Below are positions 1-13,485 of a stretch of 64,000 nt of DNA, in pieces. Location: the NCBI GenBank assembly GCA_963514005.1, contig OY740795.1:744001-808000 (forward strand). Direction: 5' to 3'. Position 1 is the stretch's first letter, and every line of letters starts with the position of its first letter. The position numbers and the translations under genes were made by a program. The DNA is from Raja brachyura (Eukaryota). A model generated the notes under the pieces. That model was not told the DNA's origin and made no database searches. It was given only the letters and a program-made list of their open reading frames with translations.

Positions 1-28
1 TGTGGGAGGTAGAAGAGGGGAAACGTTT

Positions 29-2246
29 TAGAAACATAGAAACATAGAAATTAGGTGCAGGAATACGCCATTCGGCCCTTCTAGCCTGCACCGCCATTCA
101 ATATGATCATGGCTGATCATCCAACTCAGCATCCCGTACCTGCCCTCTCTCCATACCCTCTAATCCCCCTAGCCACAAGGGCCACCTCTAACTCCCTCTT
201 AAATATATCCAATGAACTGGCCTCAACTACCCTCTGTGGCAGAGAGTTCCAGAGACCCACCACTCTCTGTGTGAAAAAAATCCTTCTCATCTCGGTCCAA
301 AAGGATTTCCCCCTTATCCTTAAGCTGTGACCCCTTGTCCTGGACCTCCCCAACATCGGGAACAATCTTCCTGCATCTAGCCTGTCCAACCCCTTAAGAA
401 TCTTGTAAGTTTCTATAAGATCCCCTCTCAATCTCCTAAATTCTAGAGAGTATAAACCGAGTCTATGCAGTCTTTGTTCATAAGACAGTCCTGACATCCC
501 AGGAATCAGTCTGGTGAACCTTCGCTGCACTCCCTCTATGGCAATAATGTCCTTCCTCAGATTTGGAGACCAGAACTGTACGCAATACTCCAGGTGTGGC
601 CTCACCAAGACCCTATACAACTGAAGAAGAACCTCCCTGCTCCTATACTCAAATCCTTTTGCTATGAAAGCTAACATACCATTGGCTTTCTTCACTGCCT
701 GCTGTACCTGCATGCCTACTTTCAATGACTGGTGTACCATGACACCCAGGTCGCGCTGCATCTCCCCTTTTCCTAATCGGCCACCATTTAGATAGTAGTC
801 GGTTTTCCTACTTTTGCCACCAAAGTGGATAACCTCACATTTATCCACATTATACAGCATCTGCCAAACATTTGCCCACTCACCCAGCCTATCCAAGTCA
901 CCTTGCAGTCTCCTAGCATCCTCCTCACAGCTAACACTGCCACCCAGCTTAGTGTCATCCGCAAACTTGGAGATATTGCCTTCAATTCCCTCATCCAGAT
1001 CATTTATGTATATTGTAAATAGCTGGGGTCCCAGCACTGAGCCTTGCGGTACCCCACTAGTCACTGCCTGCCATTGTGAAAACGACCCGTTAACTCCTAC
1101 TCTTTGCTTCCTGTTTGCCAGCCAGTTCTCTATCCACATCAATACTGAACCCCCAATGCCATATGCTTTAAGTTTATATACTAATCGCTTATGTGGGACC
1201 TTGTCGAAAGCCTTCTGGAAGTCCAGATACAGCACATCCACTGGTTCTCCCCCATCCACGCTACTAGTTACATCCTCGAAAAATTCCACAAGATTCGTCA
1301 GACATGATTTACCTTTCGTAAATCCATGCTGACTTTGTCCAATGATTTCACCACTTTCCAAATGTGCTGCTATCTCATCTTTAATAACTGACTCTAGCAG
1401 TTTCCCCACTACCGATGTTAGACTAACTGGTCTGTAATTCCCCGTTTTCTCTCTCCCCCTTCTTAAAAAGAGGGGTTACGTTTGCTACCCGCCAATCCTC
1501 AGGAACTACTCCAGAATCTAAAGAGGTTTGAAAGATTATGACTAATGCATCCACTATTTCCGGAGCTACTTCCTTAAGTACTCTGGGATGCAGCCTATCT
1601 GGCCCTGGGGATTTATCGGCCTTTAATCCATTCAATTTACCCAACACCACTTCCCGACTGACCTGGATTTCACTCAAGTACTCCTTTGACCTGCGGTCCC
1701 CTGCTATTTCCGGCAGATTATTTATGTCTTCCTTAGTGAAGACGGAACCAAAGTAGTTATTCAATTGGTCCGCCATATCCTTGTTCCCCATGATCAACTC
1801 ACCTGTTTCTGACTGCAAGGGACCTACATTTGTTTTAACTAATCTCTTTCTCTTCACATATCTATAAAAACTTTTGCAGACAGTTTTTATGTTCTCTGCC
1901 AGTTTTCTTTCGTAATCTATTTTTCCTTTCCTAATCAAGCCCTTTGTCCTTCTCTGCTGGTCTCTGAATTTCTCCCATTCCTCTGGTATGCTGCTTTTTC
2001 TGGCTACTTTGTACGCATCATCCTTTGCTTTGATACTATCCCTGATTTCCCTTGTTATCCACGGATGCACTACCTTCCCTGATCTATTCTTTTGCCAAAT
2101 TGGGATGAACAATTTTTGTAGTTCATCCATGCAGTCCTTAAATGTCCTCCATTGCGTATCCACCGTCAACCCTTTTAGAATTGATTGCCAGTCAATCTTG
2201 GCCAATTCACGTCTCATACCCTCAAAGTTACCTTTCCTTTAGTTCA
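29..2246 (-). mobile_element. Young 5'-truncated CR1 LINE; ORF2 split by one frameshift
   Basis: ORFs 1423..2217 and 126..1409 carry CR1 RT motifs (KSPGPD, QHGF, YLDFQKAFDKV, QGSVLGP, FADD). The 3' end is a (TTTCTATG)n tail at about 29-50. Frameshift near 1450. Confidence 0.95.
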
Positions 2247-2625
2247 GAGCCATTCCCAGTTACTACCTAGTCGATGGTGCGGCTTTCACCGATTCGCATC
2301 TTCACCCCCCCTCCCCCCACCACCTCCACCCCCCTCGCGGCCTACCATATGGATTGACGCGGCATTTCCTGTCGGACACCGGCCAGAGCTTCAAAAGCGC
2401 ACGCAGGATTCCATCATTGGGCCGCCCTTGCGGCGACTGCGGAGGATTCAAAGCCCCAACCACGGGTGAACAAAAGGAAGCTGACTGAACTTCATGGTCT
2501 TTCCTCACAATGGGAAAAGATAATTCCGCTGTGTGGGGATGTTCATGTTAACTTATATCATGCATTGTGCTCGTTTATGTGCCAATTGGTGCATGTGAAA
2601 ATAAATGTAACCTGAACTTGAACTT
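2247..2625 (+). mobile_element. 3' part of a non-autonomous interspersed repeat interrupted by the young CR1
   Basis: Ends in AATAAA plus an (AACTTG)n-like tail. In the duplicate, its GC-rich 5' part is seen at about 53755-53908, on the other side of the CR1. Family not identified. Confidence 0.5.
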
Positions 2626-3040
2626 AATTTTAACTGTTTCTGCCTTCAAAGAACCCACATTTGCCTTTACTAATATATTTTTTCTCTTAACATTCCTAAA
2701 TAAGCTTTTACTGCCCATACATTCCTGGCGTACTACATTTTTTCCCCTCGTATTGACATTTGTGTTACCTTCTGATGTCCTTTGAAAGTTTCCCTAGGGT
2801 CTGGCTTCCCGCCACTCTTTCCTGTGTTATATATCTTTTCTTTTAGTTTTATACTGTCCACAACTACAATTTACAGCCACGGTTACCTCTTACTCCCCTT
2901 AGAATCTATCTTCATCCTTGGAATGAAATGATCTTGCATCTTCTGCATTATGCCCAGAAATTCCTGCCATTGCTGTTCCTCCGTCACTTCTGCAAGGATT
3001 ATTTTCCAGTCGACCTTACCCGCTCTCCTCTCATACCGTA
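2626..3040 (-). mobile_element. Old degenerate CR1 ORF2 fragment
   Basis: Reverse complement resembles CR1 ORF2 between the endonuclease and RT. In copy C it continues the old CR1 at 52654-53755. Confidence 0.7.
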
Positions 3041-3284
3041 TCAATTTGTATCAGTACACGTTACGAAGAAGCAGCAGACGTAACAGTATGAAGATTGATG
3101 GACTGCCCACTATTTATTTGCTGGTGGGGGTGCACAATATGCAGAAGGTGGGAGCTGCTCAGTTCCGCACTGGAGAAAATCAAATATCCCCCTTCCCTGA
3201 ACGGAAATCGTATCCGGACCACTGGACCATGAGGGAAACTGACTTAATTACTATGCCTTAATCAACATAATTCATCCTGGCCAT

Positions 3285-3565
3285 GGTGGATACCCAGAAC
3301 ATAGTGAATCCCACCGCAAATTGGCGAAGTGGCACCTCATATTTCTCTTGCGTAGTTTACACCGCAGCGGTAAGAACATTGACTTCTCCAATTTCAGGTA
3401 GTCCTTGCTATCTCCCCCATCCCCTCCCCTTCCCAAATCTCCCACAGCCCACTACCTACCGCCTCTTCCATTCTCTACCCGCCCCCCCCCCCCCCCCCCC
3501 ACCAACCCTACATCAGTCTGCAGAGGGTCTCGACCCGAAACGTCTCTTATTCCTGCTCTCCATAC
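3285..3565 (+). mobile_element. Penelope-like element 3' remnant with degenerate hammerhead-type motif
   Basis: Degenerate GIY-YIG C-terminal coding (HRKL..HLIF..MNIDFSNFR type), then a C-rich tract and CTGCAGA-GGGTCTCGACCC-GAAAC. Paralogues at 26030-26288 and about 57165-57435. Confidence 0.65.
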
Positions 3566-3569
3566 ATCC

Positions 3570-4418
3570 CCGGTCCAAGGCTCCACTCCCCCCCCCAACT
3601 CCCCAGGACCTTCGTGTAGTCTCCCCCAGGACATCCCAGAAAACTCTACCGTCAGCCAATCCGGCTGGGGATTTGCCACTCCAGAGTCAACTCCTCCAAC
3701 GAAAATAGATCATCAAGGAGTTCAAACAACTCTCCATCTATAGTCAGTAGACCCTCTCATAGGACCAGCTGAGCCTTCCCGCTGAATCCATCTGGGGAGA
3801 ACAGAGACCCATAAAATGACCGAACTAACGCACTGATCTTCTCTGGGTCTTTGACAGAGGAGCCGTCATCCGCGCGCAGCTCGACGAACTGTTCGTGGAT
3901 TCAGATCGTGCAGCATCTGGACCCGCGACCTCCCGTAAGCATCTCGGGACCGCGCAAGCTGCAGGTCTCTCCGTGCTTCCTTCCTGTCATGATACTGTCC
4001 CCACTCACAGGAGTTCTCACCAATTCGACCCAAGCGAGTAATTCTCTGCGCCCCTCCTTCTGGTCGAACCCGACGTGAACTCCTGATAAAACGGACTGAT
4101 GTAAGCCTTTCCCACATCCCACCACTGCCTAAGGGAAGGAATACCACTCAGCCTCTCTCTTCACTTCACCCAAAGCCGACTGAATGACTCCTGAAATCGG
4201 CTATTCTCCAGCAGCTTGTTATGAAAGTGCCAGAACGCTGACCAGCTGGTGTGCGCGCTAGGACAAAGTCCACTCACACCAGACAGTGGTCATCGCACGC
4301 CACCGGCCGCACAGAGGCCACGAGACACAAGAAACATAAGATCTGGAGATGTACAAGCGATCGCTACGTGTACCACCCACCTCAGACCTCGCGTAAAAGC
4401 GTTGGAATCAGGGTGGAG
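3570..4418 (-). mobile_element. Degenerate Tx1/L1-clade ORF2 fragment
   Basis: Paralogue of 26290-27192, with an internal deletion of about 50 bp near 3900. Confidence 0.75.
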
Positions 4419-5619
4419 CTGAAATAATAATGCAAAAGTGTCATACAACCAATTTTTACCTTTATTTAGCAGGAAAGAAACATCCAAATTCGTCTCACGA
4501 GAGATCAGCAAGTTTTAAAAATCCCGCATAGTTTGGCTTTGTGGAGTTGATCGGGAGAATCATCAATATATATGGGACATGCAATATACTTTCCAAGGGA
4601 ACAACAGCGGAGAAGGTAAGACTTTACCAACTGAATTGAAGCAATTTTCACTATGGAGGCTGTTGCATTCAAAGAACTACACTCGTAGGAAAAGGGACAA
4701 TGGTCTTCGTTGCGATTGTGCCAACAAAATGGCGAGAAATATTGTTCACAATTTTCCCTATCACACAGAATAATTCCGCTCAGATTTACATTTCACGGAA
4801 TCCGCGACTAAACATGTCCCGGTGAGGGGATGCTGCATGATAATATTGGCAGAGTTGACATATGGACAGCTGGTGGAGTGTATTATCAGTTAATTGATTA
4901 ACAATTGGTTTGTTAGCAAGAGTGCACGAGCGATGATTTTTTTTAGAACAAGATATCTTCATTTTAATTCATCATTGACAGAATATTTTCTTTTCTTCAC
5001 AGATTGCGAGGGAAGAGGAGAAATGGGTAGGTACAAAGTTCACCCTCCACGTTGTAGTATCAGGGAAACATTATGCGGCTTACTGCCTCTTAACAGCAAA
5101 TTAACAGCAGGCAGTATCTCTGGAGCAAGAGGATAGATGACGTTTCTGGTCAGGATCATTCTTCCGCCGACAGTAGAACGAGGCCACTGGATGCAAGAGA
5201 AGGCCAGAACAAGGCAGGGAAGGCAACACATGTCTGAGAAAGAAATTAGCCCATAATCGCCCATTGTTGGCTGGGGGATACGTGGTAACAAACAACTAGT
5301 AGATGCGAACAGTACAACTGATGACTAGGTTGGGGGAGAGAGTGAGAGAAAGGTGTACACTAGCTATATACGATATGCTGTTCCTCCATTGATTGCGTGG
5401 CCTCGCACTAAAAGTTGAGAAGGACAACGGTAGAAGTGTTTATGTGGGAATTGGAAGATGTGTTAAAATGTTTGCCCTCTGCGAGAACGTAAAGGCAAAT
5501 GGAGAAATTGATATGTTATCGTAGATAGGACTATAGAATCACAGTCATAGAGTGATACAGTGTGGTAGCAGGACCTTACGCCCAACTCGCCACACCGGCC
5601 AACAATATCTCAGTACACT

Positions 5620-8600
5620 AGTCTGGAGGGGGACCGACTTAAATGGACGGGGACCGACCTTCTGGCAGGTAGGTTTGCTAGGGCTTCACGTGTGGATTTA
5701 ACTAAATAGTGGCGGGGGGGGGGGGGGGGTGGGGGGGCGGCGGATTGACAAATCGGGACGACAAAGATTGAGTTGAGGTGGAAATGGCTACAGGAAAAAT
5801 ACAAAAGATTCTCGAATTAACGGAAAGGAAAGAGAACGGACACAAGAGTATTTAGGGACAATTGCGAGTGGTGCGAGGGGGTGAGTGAATATGGAGGTGA
5901 AGTGCTCTATGTGAATGCGCGAAGTGTAAGGAGAAACGTGAACGAGCTTGAGGCTCAGTTAGAAACTGGCAAGTATGATGTTGTGGGAATTACTGAGACA
6001 TGGCTGCAAGAGGGCCAAGGTTGGGAACTGAATATTCAAGGGTATACCTCCTATAGAAAAAAAATATGGAGGTAGGCAGAGGGGGTGGGGTTACCCTGTT
6101 GGTGAGGTATTGAATTCAGTTGCTTGCAAGGGATGGCATTGAAACAGGAGATGCGGAGTCTGTGTGGATAGAATAAGGAATTGTAAGGGTACAAATACCC
6201 TAATAGGAATATTCTACAGGCCACTAAACGGCAGCGTGGACATAGGGCGCTAGTTGAATCAGGAGTTAAAATTGGCATGTAGCAAAAGTAATGTTGTGGT
6301 TGTTGTGGGAGATTTCAGCATGCAGCTAGACTGGGAAAATCAGGTTGGTACTGGACCCCAAGAAACGGACTTTGTAGAGGGTCTTCGTGATCGATTGTCT
6401 TTTGTCTTCGTGATCGATCTTTTATAATTGACCCCAGCATCTTCACCACCACCGATGTCATGCTAACTGGTCTGTAATTCCCTGTTTGCTCTCTCCCACC
6501 TTTCTTAAACATTAGGATAACATTAGCTACCCTCCAATCCACAGGAACTGATCCTGAGTCTGTAGAACATTGGAAAATTAGAGCAGTTAGATTGTCAGAG
6601 CAGCTTGTTTTGGAGCCTACCAGAGAGAAGGCAATACTGGATTTCGTGTTATGTAATGAACCTCATTTGATAAAGGACCTCGAGGTTAATGAGCCATTAG
6701 GACGCAGTGGCCATAACATGGTTCGGTTTATTCTACAATTGGAGAGAGATAAGTGCAGCTCGGAGGTGTTAGAGTTGCAGTTGAATAAAGGGGACAATGG
6801 GGCTATGAGAGAGGAGCTGGCCAATGTTGCCTGGAAAGATACACTAGCAGGGATGACAATGGAACAAATATGGCAGGTGTTTCTAGGAATAATACAGAAG
6901 GTGCAGGATCAGTTCATTCCTAGGAGGAAGAAAGATTCCAAGGGGAGAAAAGGACGTTCGTGTCTCACAAGGGACGTCAGTGACAGTATAAAAAGTAAAG
7001 CGAAGAAGTACATCATAGCAAAGATGAGCGGGAAGCAAGAGGATTGGGTAATGTTTACAGAACAACAGAAGATAACTATAAATAATATACGGGGAGAAAA
7101 GATGAGGTACGAAGGTAAACTAGCCAAGAATATAAAGCAGGATATTAAAAGTTAGGTACGTGAAGAGGAAACAATTAGTTCCATTTTTGGACCATTGAAG
7201 ACCGACAAAGGTGAATTTATTATGGACCAAGGAGATGGCAGAGGAGTTGAACAGGTACTTTGGATCTGTCTTCACTAAGGAGGACACAAACAATCATCCT
7301 GTTATAGTTGTGGCCAGAGGATCTGTGGTGACGAAGGAACTGAAGGTCATCCACATTAGGTAGGACATTGTGTTGGATAGACCGATGGGACTGAAGGCTG
7401 ATACATCCCCAAGCCTGATGGTCTGCATCCTAGGGTACATAAGGAAGTGGCTCAAGAAATTGTGGATGCATTGGTGATCATTTTCCAATGTTCTACAGAC
7501 TCAGGATCAGTTCCTGTGGATTGGAGGGTAGCTAATGTTATCCTAATGTTTAAGAAAGGTGGGAGAGAGCAAACAGGGAATTACAGACCAGTTAGCATGA
7601 CATCGGTGGTGGTGAAGATGCTGGGGTCAATTATAAAAGATGAAATAGCCGAACATTTGGATAGTAGTAACAGGATCGGTCCGAGTCAGCATGGATTTAC
7701 GAAGGGGAAATCATGCTTGACAAATTTTCTGGAATTTTTTGAAGATGTAGCTAGGAAAATGGACAAGGGAGAGTCAGTGGATGTAATATACCTTGACTTT
7801 AAGAAAACATTTGGTAAGGTCCCGCATAGAAGATTAGTGGGCAGAATTAGGGCGCATGGTAGTGGGGGTATAGTGCTGACATGGATAGAGAACTGGTTGG
7901 CAGACAGGAAACAAAGAGTGGGGATTAACTGTCCCTTTCAGAATGGCAGGCAGTGACTAGTGGGGTACCGCAAAGCTCGGTTCTGGGACCGCATCTATTT
8001 ACAGGATAAATCAATGATTTGGATGAGCGGATTCAAAGTAACATTAGCAAATTTGCAGATGACACAAAGCTGGGTGGCAGTGTGAACTGTGAGGAGGATG
8101 CTATGGGAATTCAGTGTGACTTGGACAGGTTGGGAGAGTGGGCAGTTGAATGGCAGATGACGTTTAATGCGGATAAATGTGAGGTTAACCACTTCGGTAG
8201 CAAAAACAGGAAGGCAGATTACTGTCTTAATGGCGTCAATTTGGGAAAAGGGGAAGTATCACGTGATCTATGAAAGTAGGCATGCAGGTACAGCAGGCAG
8301 TGAAGAAAGCGAATGGCATGCTGGCCTTCATAACAAGTGCAATCCAATATCGGAGCAAAGAGGTCCTTCTGCAGTTGTGCAGAGCCCGACTGAGACCACA
8401 CCTGGAGTATTGTGTGCAGTGTTGGTCCCCTAATTTGAGGAAGAACATTCTTGCTATTGAGCGCGTGCAGCGTAGGTTTACATGGTTAATTCCTGGGATG
8501 GCGGGACTGTGAATGCTGAAAGAATGGAGCTGCTGGACCTGTACACTCTGGAGTTTAGAAGGATGAGAGGGCATCGGTTTGAAAGACATAAGATTGTCAA

Positions 8601-8945
8601 AGTCTTGGACACGCTAGAGGCAGGAAACATGTTGACGATATTGGGGGAGACCTGTACCAGGGGCCACATTTTAAGAATAAAGCGTAAGCCATTTAGAACG
8701 GAGAAGAGGAAACACTTTTTCTCACAGAGAGTGGCGAGACTGTGGATTTCTCTGCCTCAGAGGGCGGTGGAGGCGGGTTCTCTGCATGCTCACAGAGAGC
8801 TAGATAGGGCTCTTGAAATAGTGGAGTCAGTGGATATGGCGAGAAGGCGGGAACGTGGCAATGATTGTGGATATTCAGCCATGATCACAATGAATGGCGG
8901 TGCTGGCTCGAAGGCCCGAATGGCCTAATCCTGCAGCTATTCTCT
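5620..8945 (+). mobile_element. Old degenerate CR1 LINE (end of ORF1 plus ORF2)
   Basis: Fragmented ORFs with YVNARS/GITETWL (endonuclease), QHGFTKGKSCLTN and FADD (RT). Many stops and frameshifts. Same ancestral insertion as 28400-35403. Confidence 0.9.
6417..6580 (-). repeat. Inverted copy (about 164 bp) of 7478-7641 inserted in the same CR1
   Basis: Reverse complement matches 7478-7641 essentially perfectly. Short local duplications at both junctions. Confidence 0.9.
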
Positions 8946-9329
8946 AGTGTCACTTGCCTGCCCTTGGTCCATATCCCTTCAAATCTCTCCTATCCATGTA
9001 CCTGTCTAACCGTTTATTAAACGATGGGATAGTCCCAGCCTCGTCTACCTCGTGTGGCAGCTTGTTCTATACACCCACTACCCTTTTTTGTGAAAATGTT
9101 TCCCCACGGATTGCTATTGAATATTTTTCCCTTCTCCTTGAACCTTGTCATATGGTGGTCGATTCGCTGGGTAAAAGACACTGTGCATCTACCTGGTCTA
9201 TTGCTCTCATGATTTTGTATTTCTGGCACACCTCACCTATAGCTTTATTTTCGATAGATGTTTTCCGCATAGAGAAGGTATTTTAAGCACGGTATCTGTA
9301 TGGAACTTTGCACACCCTAGATCATCCTG

Positions 9330-9695
9330 ATACCTGACTGATTCCTGGGATGTCAGGACTTCCATATGAAGAAAGACAGTATAGAAAGGGTCACAGTTTA
9401 AGGATAAGGGGGAAATCTTTTTTAGGACCGAGATAAGAAAAACATTTTTCACGCAGAGAGTGGTGAATCTCTGGAATTCTCTGCCACAGAAGGTAGTTGA
9501 GGCCAGTTAATTGGCTATATTTAAGAGGGAGTTAGATGTGGCCCTTGTGGCTAAATGTATCAGGGGGTATGAAGAGAAGGCAGGTAAGGGACACTGAGTT
9601 GGATGATCAGCCATGATCATATTGAATGGCGGTGCAGGCTCGAAGGACCGAATGGCCTACTCCTCCACCTATTTTCTATGTTTCTATGTTTCTAT
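9330..9695 (+). mobile_element. CR1 3'-end fragment
   Basis: CR1 ORF2 C-terminus and 3' UTR ending in TTTCTATG repeats. Absent at the paralogous position near 35780, so inserted after the older duplication. Confidence 0.85.
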
Positions 9696-11902
9696 CCGCT
9701 GCAAAAACAGCAGATTATCTTTGAAAAGAATACCTCGTTATTGTGCCATGATATGTCTTTTCAATGATGAAAGGAAATCATAAATATAACCCGTTGCACC
9801 TATTCAACAACAAATCTTCACTCGTTTTCAAAGCAATATGTCCCAGGCGTGTGTACACATATCATGAAAACACAGAAGTTGAATGATTGAACGGGGTACA
9901 TGATGATATCTACAAGACGTTCGACTCAATTGAGCCCATGAACCTACTTTGCAGGTGTGCGTGCCCGACAGGGCGAATGGACATAAAATGTCTACACATT
10001 AAATGCTGTCTTTTCGCATAAACCCTACAGCAAAGCAACGCATGAAACCCAGCTGGTCACTCGTTTTTGTTATATTATTTTAACTTACACTTTACCGATT
10101 TTAATATCTTTCCAGGGTAAATGACCGGAAAAAGTCTGTCCAGGCATTGCTCATAAACACGTTCAAACTTCGATACGCAATAAAATGTACAACACTTGTG
10201 GCGCAGAGCAGGATGATGCAGCTCGAGATTGCCAGAAATAAAACGGCCGACCGTCTGCGATTCACCATCTCCTGGACTTTCTTTTTCTCCCCACCGCTGA
10301 AGTCTCGGAAATTTCTGTGGATTCGACTGGCCACGAAAATACGTCTTGCAGTGAGCGCGTTAAACAACAAAATCAGGCGGAATGGTATCGCCAGGGTGAA
10401 AAACTGTTCGGTCCAAGAGAACACCATCCATTCTGGACGCATGTACAAATGGACACGTTTCCGGCAGCCATGCGGTCCACCCCATCCGGGATAAGGAAAG
10501 TAGGCGAAGGGCATGGGTGGGGTTTTGAGGCAGACGAATGGGATCACTGTGAGGATAACATTCGATGCGGTTCTCTCGGTGCAATATTTAGTTTTCATGC
10601 CCTGAGTAGAGATCGCAACAAAGCGATCAAACGTGAAAGCGACTGTGAATAATACAGAACAATTCACCGTGACGGATACCAGGAAGATTGTTATTTTGCA
10701 CACAGGGGTGTAGTGCAAGGAAGCATGCCACCAATACAGATCAGCAATGCGGTGAAATATAACCTCACAGAGAATCACAGAGAGGTCCGCGTTCGCCATG
10801 GCTACCATGTAACGAGTGATGCACTTGGAAAGGCCGCACTTGCAACGGGACAATATCAAAATCGCCATCAGATTCACTGGGAAAGAATGAAAACAGAAAT
10901 TAATTAATTGTCTGGTGTACGGGCTGGTGGGAGGAAGCGGACCGAGTAATTTAACCCTGAGACGCCAGTAGTAGAGACAATTTATTTAACGAATTAATAT
11001 TTGGGAGAATCATCCGTCATTCGTTTGCCAGAAAAATGTTTAATCATTAAATTTTAAATAGGTGATTACCAAAATTAGTGGGATTGCCTTATGAAGATCG
11101 AAAGAGAAGGACATGAAGATGGAAAGAGGCAATCCAATTTTGGTAAACAGGAATGTAATCTGCAAATGATTAAAATCCTGTTTACCAAAATTAGTGGGAT
11201 TGCCTTTTCTACTAATATTCACAACATAATGCCAATCGTTTGATTTTGATGTAAAATATAGAACATATTCAACAGGACAGTCAGTTTCTCAAAAATGAAA
11301 TTAACACTCGAAATTACCGTCGATCAAATCAGAATTAAGAGGGGATCCTTCCAGTATCAAATATTTGATATAATTTTTATAACGGTAAATTCTAATGCAC
11401 AGTATAATTTTTATTGCTGAGACGTGAGCAACTTTTGCATCGGGCACTGAGTCAATCGTGGTCTGGATTAACGCGACCTGTTTTCCAATGGGCCTTCGAG
11501 AATGCATTTCCGAACATGAGACCAAGGAAATGGATTCAGTGAAGCACTGCAAATATAATTACAAACACCCTTCACAAACACGGCTAACACTATTTTGGCA
11601 GGTAGTTTCTCCGAACAGCGGGCGGAATTCCGTATCGTACCTGAAAAGAACAAGTCCTGGAGTATCTCAGTGGCGCAATCAACATTTCTGGACGACACAC
11701 ATCGGCGATGTATCATCTCGAGCCCCTTTTTTCAGAATCCGATTGGAAGAATGATATCAAACCGATACGTCAACTTCGTCGGTCCTCCAGAGATGCTGCA
11801 AGACTGACTGAGTTAACCAGTTCTTTGTTTTCACTGGAGCAGATTGTTGTGGAACAGTTTGATTGTACGACCTTCAAATCTGTCCCAGCATTCCTGTGAG
11901 AA

Positions 11903-12258
11903 GAACAGGTGAAGCTCGCCGTTTGACCTGTTTTTACAAAATGTTAAATGGTCAGCTAGACATAGATCACAAGACCTACACCAACCTAAAACCAATTAGG
12001 AGCAGACGAGGGCATTCGATCCAATTTGTGGTCCCAGCCACAAAGACAGATGTGTGCAGCAATTCGTTCTTCCCACGCACTATTAAAGCATGGAATAAAC
12101 TCCACCAAACCACGGTTTCCCAGCCAGATGCAAATCAATTTAAAGTGGCACTTTCTTCCAAATAATCCTCTCTGGCTTACCACTCCCTTCACCACCTCCA
12201 GTTTAAATTCCAGTTGGAATATTTTGGAGGACCAAGTAACCACGAACCAAGAACAAAT
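11903..12258 (+). mobile_element. LINE 3'-end fragment (CR1/L2 supergroup) in the GPCR intron
   Basis: Encodes FYKMLNG...NSFFPRTIKAWNKL, then an AACCAAG-like tail. Absent from the paralogous intron near 38100. Confidence 0.75.
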
Positions 12259-12529
12259 AATTTAAGAGCGATACAGAAAATGCAGTGTAAAATTACTGGA
12301 CGGGGTGCATTCCTCGTTCTGTCGAATGCAGAACGCACAGTGGATCAGAAATTGCCACTGACAGCGAGGACCAAGTTGCCCTTCACTTCGCAACAGTGCA
12401 TGTACGGGCATTGAGTTTGGTAAAACGCCGTGAAGGCTACATTTCTCCAGCTTCACTGAACGACATCCATCGAATATACCAACGCGCTTCCTCGCTGCTA
12501 AGATGTGTATTCCTTGTTTCGTTTTAGTT

Positions 12530-12715
12530 AAGGGATACAGCGCGCACACTAACACCAGCTCCCGCACACAAGGGACAATTTATTTTATTTTATGGAGTGA
12601 GGAGGAAATCAGAAGATGTCGGGGAAAACCCAGAAGGTAACGGGGAGGACGTACACACTCCGTACAGACAAGCGCAGTAAGATAACTATTCTGGTGCTGC
12701 GCCACCGTGCCGCCC
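12530..12715 (-). mobile_element. tRNA-derived SINE (V-SINE/HE1-like), degenerate
   Basis: Reverse complement starts GGGCGGCACGGTGGCGCAGC and contains the GTACGTCCTCCCCG..GGGTTTTCCCCG core. Paralogue at 38380-38595. Confidence 0.7.
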
Positions 12716-13195
12716 TAACTCCTGCTGGGCTATTCGGTATGTTCTCTTAACCTTTAATACTCTGCGCTTTTCAAACAGTCTTTGTAAGTTCCATGAGATG
12801 TGCTGACAATTACCTACCAGGTAAACCGATTGCTGCCAGAATCGGATAATACACAAGTCCTATTTTTTCCTCGATCGGAATACCGTGCATTTTAATGCGA
12901 AAGTCCAGGCGATCACGGCAGATGGAGCCGCCCTGCGGTTGTCAGCGAAACAAACCAATATCTGGCATATCTATAATGAAAATAATGGAGAACGCAGACA
13001 AGGAGATTACATCCCTGAGGGCTTAACTTACACATTTTTGAACAAACTTCTACTGTTTTCCATGTAATATTCAAAATCACTATCATGGTGTCGACATTTC
13101 CAACAGCAGACAGTGAACCATGGATTTTGCAAATCCCAAACTATCGCGCGCGCAGCGAAATTGCCGGCGAGGGTTGTACCTGTTCTACTCGCGTT

Positions 13196-13485
13196 TCCAA
13201 ACCTACACAAACCCCAAACCAATTAGGAGCAGGCTAGGGCATTCGATCAAATTAGTGGTCCCAGCCACAAAGACAGATGTGTGCAGCAATTCGTTCTTCC
13301 CACGCACTATTAAAGCATGGAATAATCTCCACCAAACCACGGTTGCCCAGCCAGATGCAACTAAATTGTAAGTGGCACTTTCTTCCTAATAACCCTCTCT
13401 GGCTTACCCGCTCCCTTCACCCTCCAGTATAAATTCCAGTTGGAATATTTTGGAGGACCAAGTAACCAAGAACCAAGAACCAAAC
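13196..13485 (+). mobile_element. Second copy of the same LINE 3'-end fragment
   Basis: Near-identical to about 11970-12255 (SNSFFPRTIKAWNNL; AACCAAG repeats). Confidence 0.75.

Larger units (their letters stand above)
1..10116 (+). repeat. Recent segmental duplication, copy A (paired with 53880-64000)
   Basis: Base 1 aligns with base 53880 (offset 53879). The ORF tracks are near-identical (126..1409 vs 54005..55288; 7447..7956 vs 61315..61824). All nested repeat junctions are shared. Confidence 0.97.
10101..12890 (-). pseudogene. GPR139-like class A GPCR pseudogene (exon 1 12818-12890; exon 2 10101-10876)
   Basis: Exon 1 encodes MHGIPIEEKIGLVYYPILAAIGLP with a phase-1 GT donor. Exon 2 follows a tttcccAG acceptor and encodes VNLMAILILSR...AFTFDRFVAI. 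Relative to the paralogue at 36161-37080, about 118 bp is deleted near 10130. This removes TM7 and helix 8 and shifts the frame. Confidence 0.88.

Noticed and set aside
103-9452. Many short ORFs antisense or off-frame to LINE ORF2, here and throughout the window
   Set aside because: Shadow frames of retroelement sequence, not host genes.
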